Below are positions 54,618-61,019 of a stretch of 61,019 nucleotides of DNA, one piece after another. The DNA lies in the IMG/VR virus record IMGVR_UViG_3300029267_002506, positions 1 through 61,019 of that record; one strand, written 5' to 3'. The stretch comes from an uncultured virus (IMG/VR IMGVR_UViG_3300029267_002506) (taxonomy: Duplodnaviria; Heunggongvirae; Uroviricota; Caudoviricetes). Every line of letters begins with the position of its first letter. Positions within the stretch are counted from its first letter, which is position 1. Under the pieces are notes generated by a model, which did no database searches, was not told where the DNA came from, and saw nothing but the letters and a program-made list of their open reading frames with translations. The position numbers were made by a program, and so were the translations under genes.

Positions 54618-55001
54618 TCACCTATTTGGCCGTTTTGCCGCCTTAACCCATCCTTCCTGATCTAGATCCTTCACCTCCTCCATGATACGGATAGGGACCA
54701 ATACAGACTTCCACGTTCCCCATCTGTATTCCTCTGGCATTGCGCTGTCAAGGGAAGCGATGAGATCGACGAGTTCCTGGCTAAACCTCCTCCACCTCCC
54801 GTTGCACCGGATGCTCTTTACCTTTCCCGTCGGACTCTTCATCTTGAAGATCCCATACCAGTCCTTTCCTTCAAACATGATCTGGACCTTTACTAGACGT
54901 TCGCTGGGTTGCGCATCCCTCCACATCTGTCTCATTCCTCTTAGGGCTGCTGTATTCATCCTTCCCTCCTCTCTCCATACGCCGATAGACATTCTCTCCA
55001 T
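54618..55001 (-). CDS. Hypothetical protein
   Basis: ORF track; true start may be MNTAAL. Confidence 0.5.
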   Translation of the reverse strand: MERMSIGVWREEGRMNTAALRGMRQMWRDAQPSERLVKVQIMFEGKDWYGIFKMKSPTGKVKSIRCNGRWRRFSQELVDLIASLDSAMPEEYRWGTWKSVLVPIRIMEEVKDLDQEGWVKAAKRPNR

Positions 55002-55147
55002 TGTTTTCCACAGGCCTCACAGAAGGACAGTCGTTCATAGGGCCAATGAAGAATGTCTTCACCTACCTTGAACACTCGTCCACAGTCATCGCATTGTCCT
55101 TCTCCTTCCGCCTTCTTCCATCGCGGAAAGCTTCGGTGTTGTCTCAT
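54956..55147 (-). CDS. Small Zn-finger protein
   Basis: CDDCG...FCEACG; ATGA overlap with the upstream gene. Confidence 0.55.
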   Translation of the reverse strand: MRQHRSFPRWKKAEGEGQCDDCGRVFKVGEDILHWPYERLSFCEACGKQWRECLSAYGERREG

Positions 55148-55344
55148 TTCTTCCCCTTTCTAAGTTCCAGCTGTTCGCCTGGATTCATGTTAAAAACTCG
55201 ATATCCTCGAGCAACGAGCTCAGCCACTAATACTTCATCACAGATATCGTCCAAAAGCACCTCCTCTTCCTTTTCCTCCCAAGGGATTCTTCCTAACTGT
55301 TCTGCGTCGAACCTTGCGTCTTCATTCGTGTATGGCTTAGACAT
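55144..55344 (-). CDS. Hypothetical protein
   Basis: AAGGAGG RBS directly after a UUCG hairpin. Confidence 0.55.
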   Translation of the reverse strand: MSKPYTNEDARFDAEQLGRIPWEEKEEEVLLDDICDEVLVAELVARGYRVFNMNPGEQLELRKGKK

Positions 55345-55350
55345 GTCGTT

Positions 55351-55391
55351 CCTCCTTAGAATCGCCCAGGCCCCCCGAAGGGGGCCCGGGC
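55351..55391 (-). repeat. cUUCGg hairpin-RBS module, copy 1
   Basis: Minus strand GCCCGGGCCCCC-TTCG-GGGGGCCTGGGC-GATTCTAAGGAGG. Confidence 0.8.
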
Positions 55392-55401
55392 TTGGCGTTG
55401 A

Positions 55402-55713
55402 TTAGATGTCAAGGCCGGAACGGCGTTCCACAAGCCAGCGGCCGTCCGAAAGGTGTGTCGCTGTGGCGGCCTCGCCATATTCCCGCCCAGGTCCGCCATA
55501 GTAGCGGTAGATATCCATCCCGCATGCCTCCACATACCTCAGCACGTCATCGTCCGTGGCGTCGTCGGGGGCGAACACCACAGCTACCTGGACCGCCTGG
55601 GCGTCCTGGTTCGCGCATGCGGCCACATATTCGGTGAACCAGTGGTTCCATTGGTTCGTGTCTGGCTCTGCGTATGGGGGCGCCGCCGACGTTTGTCGCA
55701 TGATCAGATCCAT
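55402..55713 (-). CDS. Hypothetical protein (GC-rich)
   Basis: GAGGAGG RBS; ORF track. Confidence 0.55.
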   Translation of the reverse strand: MDLIMRQTSAAPPYAEPDTNQWNHWFTEYVAACANQDAQAVQVAVVFAPDDATDDDVLRYVEACGMDIYRYYGGPGREYGEAATATHLSDGRWLVERRSGLDI

Positions 55714-55741
55714 CTTGTCCTCCTCTTCCTGTTCTCAGTTC

Positions 55742-56080
55742 TTACTTCGTCAGTTCGTTCTCAAGGTCGGTCATGTAAGGATCAGGGGTCTTGATGACGT
55801 CGGCCATTACAGCACAGTCTAGGATATGTCCTGCAATATCTCCAGGATAGATCCAGTCAGGATCACTCATGTCATCGTCTTCGTCTCCAGCATCGTACAG
55901 GAGCTCCTCCTGCAGCCTGAAGATCCAGGCCACCTCTGGTCCTTCATAGCCGGTTTGGCGAAGGGCTTCGACTTGAGCTGTGCTGAACCAGTCTTCAGGA
56001 TGCCTTCTGAATACGCGGTACAGCAATAACCGTAGTTTGTCTACTGCTCCCTCTGCTGTTGTGATCTCGGACAGTTTCAT
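55742..56080 (-). CDS. Hypothetical protein
   Basis: AAGGAG RBS; ORF track. Confidence 0.5.
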   Translation of the reverse strand: MKLSEITTAEGAVDKLRLLLYRVFRRHPEDWFSTAQVEALRQTGYEGPEVAWIFRLQEELLYDAGDEDDDMSDPDWIYPGDIAGHILDCAVMADVIKTPDPYMTDLENELTK

Positions 56081-56093
56081 GTTTCATTCTCCT

Positions 56094-56222
56094 TTACTTA
56101 ACGTTGACCCACTTCATCGCCGTTTGAAGTAGGTGGTCATAGTCTCCAGCAGTGGCTTCATCCATAAATGCCTTCACTGCGTCTTTGTGGCCAGCCTTAT
56201 CAGGGAATTTCACCATTTTCAT
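56094..56222 (-). CDS. Small protein (42 aa, not in ORF track)
   Basis: Translated by hand: MKMVKFPDKAGHKDAVKAFMDEATAGDYDHLLQTAMKWVNVK; AAGGAG RBS. Confidence 0.5.
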   Translation of the reverse strand: MKMVKFPDKAGHKDAVKAFMDEATAGDYDHLLQTAMKWVNVK

Positions 56223-56250
56223 TTTGACTCCTTTACACGCTCAGGTCATA

Positions 56251-56448
56251 TCACCACTGGTAGTCGTACTCGTCACAGCCGCAAGTACTCGCTGTCTCAT
56301 CCCACCCCATGACAGCCCCGCATCGTTGACAGAGCTTCTTCGGCTCCTCTGGCTCTAGGGGCTCTTCTGAATCCGCTTCATAGTCGTCTCTGCTTGGTCT
56401 CTGAAGATCCTGTTCGCTCGTCGTGCTGGTGATCTGCCACTTTTTCAT
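56251..56448 (-). CDS. Chimeric small protein sharing its first 15 aa with 56506-57267
   Basis: MKKWQITSTTSEQDL, then an unrelated CQRCG..CGC tail. Confidence 0.5.
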   Translation of the reverse strand: MKKWQITSTTSEQDLQRPSRDDYEADSEEPLEPEEPKKLCQRCGAVMGWDETASTCGCDEYDYQW

Positions 56449-56453
56449 CCTGT

Positions 56454-56492
56454 CCTCCTTAGAATCGCCCAGGCCCCCGAAGGGGCCCGGGC
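56454..56492 (-). repeat. cUUCGg hairpin-RBS module, copy 2
   Basis: Minus strand GCCCGGGCCCC-TTCG-GGGGCCTGGGC-GATTCTAAGGAGG. Confidence 0.8.
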
Positions 56493-56505
56493 TCTTGGGG
56501 TTAGG

Positions 56506-57267
56506 TTAGGCGTCGTCCTCTTGCAACTCTTCGCGCATCTCCTGGAGACACTCCAGGACCTCGTCCTCCTCGACGATCGCGCGGTAATCGTGACGAGCGT
56601 TTTCGACGACCTCCTTGGCGGCCGCCGCGAGCTCCTCGTCCGTGCTGGTCGCGGAGACGCCGAGGTCTACGGGGCTGGCGCCGTACAGCCAGTTGTGTGC
56701 CTCCCACATGCCGCCTATGCGCTCCGAATCTGTGTCGCGGAGCGCGGCCTCCAACTCATGCCTGGCGTCCTGGGCCCGTTCGGTGTAGTGGCCCCGGTGA
56801 TCGTTGCCATCCCACCGTTCCTCGTATCCGTCACAGATCCTCTGTAGCAGCTCCTGTCCTTCTCCGTCACGCAGATACTCGAGAATTGACTCCGCGTCCA
56901 CCGTCCCGACCTCCAGATGCAGCCGCCTACCATGGTACACCGACGCGGGCATCCCGTAGATCTCAGCCCATGTCCGAAGCTCGGCAGTCCTCTCTGCGGG
57001 GTCAACGTCCAGGATCACGGGGGCCTGACGCCTGGGACTCTGGCACGCCTCCCATTCGCAGAGATCCTCCCATGAGCAATCCGCGATCGTGACCTGTGCG
57101 GGGCTTACGTCCAGGTCTTCTCCGCCGCCCACCCGCTCGCACGCGTCGGCGTGGTCGCGGTAGCCCGCGTCCTGCGCCATGGCGTCGAGAGCGTCTTCTG
57201 GGGTCTCTCCCTCGTAGATGCCGAGATCCTGTTCGCTCGTCGTGCTGGTGATCTGCCATTTTTTCAT
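56506..57267 (-). CDS. Highly acidic early protein (GC-rich)
   Basis: 253 aa, Asp/Glu-rich; DLGIYEGETPEDALDAMAQDAGY; AAGGAGG RBS. Confidence 0.6.
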   Translation of the reverse strand: MKKWQITSTTSEQDLGIYEGETPEDALDAMAQDAGYRDHADACERVGGGEDLDVSPAQVTIADCSWEDLCEWEACQSPRRQAPVILDVDPAERTAELRTWAEIYGMPASVYHGRRLHLEVGTVDAESILEYLRDGEGQELLQRICDGYEERWDGNDHRGHYTERAQDARHELEAALRDTDSERIGGMWEAHNWLYGASPVDLGVSATSTDEELAAAAKEVVENARHDYRAIVEEDEVLECLQEMREELQEDDA

Positions 57268-57303
57268 TCTGTCCTCCTTCGGTTCGGGTAACAGGTTTCT
57301 TGC

Positions 57304-57576
57304 TTAGCCTTTGCAAACTGCGTATCGCGGGATCGCCAAGTCTTCGAGGCCGTCATATTGCGCAAGCCTCTCCTCAAACTTCTCCCAAAACGTCTCTTCA
57401 TTCTCCTTCGTCAAATGTACAATGGCCTTAGACTCCCATCCTGTTTCATCTGCGACCCATTCCACCTTGGCTTTAGCGACATGCGCTGCCATTCTGACTA
57501 ACCCCGCCTCCTGGCAGATCTGAATGTTCTCTACGGTGAGGGTCCTGCTCTTTCGATCGTACTCTGTTCGGATCAT
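57304..57576 (-). CDS. First gene of the early operon, hypothetical
   Basis: AAGGAGGAG RBS downstream of the sigma70 promoter. Confidence 0.55.
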   Translation of the reverse strand: MIRTEYDRKSRTLTVENIQICQEAGLVRMAAHVAKAKVEWVADETGWESKAIVHLTKENEETFWEKFEERLAQYDGLEDLAIPRYAVCKG

Positions 57577-57917
57577 CTTCTCCTCCTTCGGTTAGGGTAA
57601 CAGGTTCAACAAAAGCCTAAGCCAGGAATTGCGCCTGGTAAACACTGTCTGCTTAGGCGTACCAGCAACGAGGTTGGCTCCTCGGACCTGCTTACAGATC
57701 CCTGCTGCTTGGCTGCTGGCTGTTTGCGGGGGCGGGTTTCCCTCTGCCGCTGGCCTACCTTCTCGGTAGACTGGCCCTGTAAATACCTTTCGAAAAACAG
57801 GTGCTTTCAGACAGCCCTACGATGACCACTTTCTCACTCCTCAGATAGACCATTGGGAAGTGGGTGTCTTTGGCTTTCCCTGTTTCTGTTTGTCCTGATC
57901 CTAACATGATGCTAGAC

Positions 57918-57946
57918 AGTATACGGGCTTATACAATATGCGTCAA
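57918..57946 (-). promoter_or_regulatory. Near-consensus sigma70 early promoter
   Basis: Minus strand TTGACG-17 nt-TATACT, with an A/T tract upstream (57961-57989). Confidence 0.8.
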
Positions 57947-58094
57947 GTGCGAGACGGGGCTTTAAGAAAGAAAAATACGAAGAAAAAACAGGACCCTATA
58001 TACCCCCATAGGGGTATAAAAAGAATGGAATAGGATATTCTTGTCGGATAGAGAAGTAGGTAGTATAGTGAGGTTGACTGAAGGAGAAGACAAG

Positions 58095-58592
58095 ATGGCG
58101 AGAAAACTTAGAAAGAATGGCAAGAAAACTGGCACCCGACCTGTCACCCCATCGAGAGTGAAGAAAGTTATCGAAGGGTCAGGTGGAATTACCAGTGCAA
58201 TGGCAGAGAGGTTAGGCTGCTCTTACTCCGCCTTAAAATATGCGCTGAAAGAGAAGACAGGAGATGCATGGGATGAGGTAAGAGAGCTAGTCGAAATAGA
58301 GCGGGAACAGATCGTCGATATTGCGGAGGGAACGAATAAGGAGATGATGCTCCAACGGCTAGAGCCTTCCGTCGCATTGAAAGCTTCCCACTTTACCCTT
58401 GATCGACTGGGGAAAAGCAGAGGCTATGGGAAGTCGTCCGAGCTGACTCTTCAGGGCGGAGAAAATCCACTACGGATTGAAGCCCAAACTCTGATCCCAA
58501 TAGAGGACCTTGACCTACCCGTGAAAGTGAAGAGGCAGGTACTCCGCGCGATGGAGAAGAAGCTTACTGAGGAAAAGGAGGGCGAGGCATGA
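58095..58592 (+). CDS. Terminase small subunit (HTH)
   Basis: GGITSAMAERLGCSYSAL HTH; VDIAE; LGKSRGY; overlaps the large-subunit start. Confidence 0.7.
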   Translation: MARKLRKNGKKTGTRPVTPSRVKKVIEGSGGITSAMAERLGCSYSALKYALKEKTGDAWDEVRELVEIEREQIVDIAEGTNKEMMLQRLEPSVALKASHFTLDRLGKSRGYGKSSELTLQGGENPLRIEAQTLIPIEDLDLPVKVKRQVLRAMEKKLTEEKEGEA

Positions 58593-60037
58593 GCCTTGTT
58601 ATGAGCAAGGAACGCCTCGAAGCCTCCCTGTGTAAGGACTCCTTCTATGACTTCGTCCAATCATTCTGGGACGTCACAATTCCAGAAAAGCCAGTTTGGA
58701 ATTGGCATATCCCATTCTTATGTGATGAACTGCAGGCTGTCGCCGAACTGGTCTTCGCAGGCGAGGACAAAGAGTATGACCTAATCATCAATGTCCCACC
58801 AGGTTCTACCAAGTCTACGCTCTGTTCTATCATGTTCCCTGCGTGGGTATGGACGAGAATGCCTTCAGCCCGATCTATCTGCGGTTCCCATACGGCATCT
58901 CTTGCTCTAGATCTCTCGAGGCGGTGCAGGAATATTGTAACCTCGGAGAAGTACCGAACCCTGTTTCCTGATGTTGAACTTGCTGACGACCAGTCTGCAA
59001 AGGGCTACTATGTGACCAAGGCCAATGGTGGCAGGATGTCGACTATGGTCGGCGGAGCAATAACAGGGTTCCATGCCCATTTCATTATCGTCGATGATCC
59101 ATTAGATCCTAAGAGGGCTGCATCAGAAGCCGACCTGAAAGCCGCGAATGATTGGATGCGTGAAACTTTGCCCACCAGGAAAGTAGACAAGGCCCTCACC
59201 CCTACTATCCTAATTATGCAAAGACTCCACCAGGATGACTGTACAGGGGAACGCATTGAGCGGGCGAACAAGGATAGGGTGAAGCACATATGCCTGCCCG
59301 CGACCGAGAGCGAACATATATCACCGCCCGAGCTACAGGAGAACTATACTGAGGGGCTACTGGACCCTGTGAGATTGTCACAGAAGGTACTGGAACAGGC
59401 TGAAGAAGACCTAGGCGACTATGGTTATGCAGCACAGTTCGACCAGAGTCCCATTCCTCGAGGTGGAGGAGATTTCAAAGTCGAGCGGATACAGATGGAG
59501 AGATCTGCGCCAAGGCACTTCCTCAGGAGGGTTCGTTATTGGGACAAGGCTGGGACCAGAGGAGGGGGAGCCCATACGGCAGGGGTCCTGATGGGCAAGG
59601 ACAGACATGGGTTCTACTGGATACTCGATGTTCAACGAGGGCAGTGGGATGCCTTTGTCAGGGAACAGCACATTAAACAATGCGCTGAGATAGATGGAGA
59701 AGTGGTGGAGGTATACGTTGAACAGGAACCAGGCTCAGGAGGTAAGGAGAGTGCAGAGAACACGATCCGTAATCTGGCAGGGTTCAGGGTATACGCTGAC
59801 AGACCTACAGGGGACAAGGCCACCAGGGCTGAGCCGTTTGCCGTCCAGGTGAATGGTGAGAACGTCAGGATGATCGTTGGGGAATGGAACGCTAAGTACC
59901 TCGAGGAACTTCGGTATTGGCCGAACAGTAAATACAAGGATCAGGTAGATGCGAGTTCTGGTGCATTCGCCAAACTAGCCAAGCCCAAGAGAAGGGTCGG
60001 TGCTATGGGAAAGGGGAAGAAAGATGAGCGAAGATAA
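58589..60037 (+). CDS. terL: Terminase large subunit
   Basis: NVPPGSTKS, IIVDDP, MQRLHQDD, YWDKA, EQEPGSGGK and KDQVDASS motifs. Confidence 0.95.
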   Translation: MSLVMSKERLEASLCKDSFYDFVQSFWDVTIPEKPVWNWHIPFLCDELQAVAELVFAGEDKEYDLIINVPPGSTKSTLCSIMFPAWVWTRMPSARSICGSHTASLALDLSRRCRNIVTSEKYRTLFPDVELADDQSAKGYYVTKANGGRMSTMVGGAITGFHAHFIIVDDPLDPKRAASEADLKAANDWMRETLPTRKVDKALTPTILIMQRLHQDDCTGERIERANKDRVKHICLPATESEHISPPELQENYTEGLLDPVRLSQKVLEQAEEDLGDYGYAAQFDQSPIPRGGGDFKVERIQMERSAPRHFLRRVRYWDKAGTRGGGAHTAGVLMGKDRHGFYWILDVQRGQWDAFVREQHIKQCAEIDGEVVEVYVEQEPGSGGKESAENTIRNLAGFRVYADRPTGDKATRAEPFAVQVNGENVRMIVGEWNAKYLEELRYWPNSKYKDQVDASSGAFAKLAKPKRRVGAMGKGKKDERR

Positions 60038-61019
60038 ATCACAAGCAGAGATCAGTATGGAGATGCACCAAATGGCAAGGGAATTGGTGCAGAACGCGGC
60101 GTATACCAGGGCGGAATTCATTCGCCAGATTATTGATGGGGGTGGCAAGGATCTGAATACAGATTGCGGATATCCTGACTCTATCAAGCCCACTGATTAT
60201 CAGAACCTGTATGATAGGGAAGGGATAGCTGCTAGGGTGATTGGGATATTCGCAGATGAGTCATGGTCGAAACCTCCCTTGGTGTATGAGACAGAAGATC
60301 CAGAGCACCAGACTGCGTTTGAAGTAGCATGGCAAGACCTTGAGGAACGCCTGCACATATTGAGTCTGTTGGCTCGGGCAGATAGGCTAAGCGGAGTAGG
60401 ACGGTATGGGATCATCCTGTTCGGTGTAGACGATGGGGAAGAATTCGACCAGCCTATTGAAGGGGTGGAGGAACAGCGAAGTAAGGGAGGAATCACCAGG
60501 CAGCTGTTGTACATCCGGACGTTTGGTGAGAGTGTGGTGGAGATTACAGGGACTGAAAAGGACGCGAAGAATCCTAGGTTTGGCCAACCCACTGAATACA
60601 AGATCAATTTTTCTGATGGGTCCAATTCCTATTCCAAAAGGGTACACTGGACCCGTATTCTCCACCTTGCTGACAATAGGGAGATGAGCGAAATATATGG
60701 GACGCCTAGGGCTCAGCGTTCCTACAATCGGATCCTGGATGCCCGAAAGGTGATGGGTGGGAGTGGTGAGATGTTCTGGAAGGGCGGTTTTCCTGGGTTG
60801 TCCTTCGAGGTGAACGGAGACAACGAAGGCGTTGAGCTGGATACTGACTCTTTGCGAGATGAGATGCAGAATTATATGTTGGGACTCCAACGGTATCTGG
60901 CGCTGGAAGGCGTCACGGCCAAGAGTCTTGCCCCTCAAGTGGCAGATCCCAAAGGGCATCTCGAGGTCCAGCTCAACGCCATCGCAATAGGGGAGGGTAT
61001 CCCCAAGCGTATCCTATTT
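60024..61019 (+). CDS. Portal protein (DUF1073-like), 3'-truncated, not in ORF track
   Basis: Translated by hand: MSEDKSQ...CGYPD..YQNLYDREGIAARVI..ESW...VHWTRILHLAD...GGSGEMFWKG; open to the window end; follows terL. Confidence 0.85.
   Translation, partial: MSEDKSQAEISMEMHQMARELVQNAAYTRAEFIRQIIDGGGKDLNTDCGYPDSIKPTDYQNLYDREGIAARVIGIFADESWSKPPLVYETEDPEHQTAFEVAWQDLEERLHILSLLARADRLSGVGRYGIILFGVDDGEEFDQPIEGVEEQRSKGGITRQLLYIRTFGESVVEITGTEKDAKNPRFGQPTEYKINFSDGSNSYSKRVHWTRILHLADNREMSEIYGTPRAQRSYNRILDARKVMGGSGEMFWKGGFPGLSFEVNGDNEGVELDTDSLRDEMQNYMLGLQRYLALEGVTAKSLAPQVADPKGHLEVQLNAIAIGEGIPKRILF

Noticed and set aside
57800-57860. Hammerhead ribozyme (minus-strand CTGAGGA ... GAAA)
   Set aside because: Stem II is followed by CGTA rather than CGAAA, and I could not build stems I and III.
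60024-61019. Anti-CBASS Acb1-type label sometimes attached to DUF1073 proteins
   Set aside because: Position after terL and the motifs indicate a portal; no phosphoesterase HxT motifs were seen in the available part.
1-61019. Prophage/temperate module or alternative genetic code
   Set aside because: No integrase, repressor, att site or host genes were recognised. Genes are full length under the standard code and use all three stop codons.

Overview
The window is a nearly complete, circularly permuted genome of a tailed dsDNA phage with a siphovirus-like gene set. It opens inside an ADP-ribosyltransferase gene and ends inside the portal gene. The + strand (58.1-61.0 kb, then 0-24.6 kb) carries terminase, portal, head and tail genes, followed by a block of four glycosyltransferases and a sulfotransferase. 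The - strand (57.6 down to 24.6 kb) carries small early genes built from repeated cassettes, a sigma-like factor, a full replisome (primase, initiator, DnaB-like helicase, clamp, clamp loader, split UDG-exonuclease/PolA), recombination genes and a 7-deazaguanine DNA-modification operon. I saw no integrase, repressor or CRISPR array. The best candidate for a new system is the deazaguanine operon: queD, queE, PRTase-folE fusion, dpdL-like, B12-type radical SAM, GT-B glycosyltransferase and an apparently split dpdA, with no queC. This suggests an undescribed hypermodified base. Other candidates are a virion glycosylation/sulfation module, a MuF-type ART toxin with a frameshifted partner gene, a tail terminator fused to a 7-repeat propeller, and a degenerate tRNA-Ile-like RNA. 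All family calls come from motif recognition by eye; no searches were run. Many starts were moved from the ORF track to RBS-supported codons.
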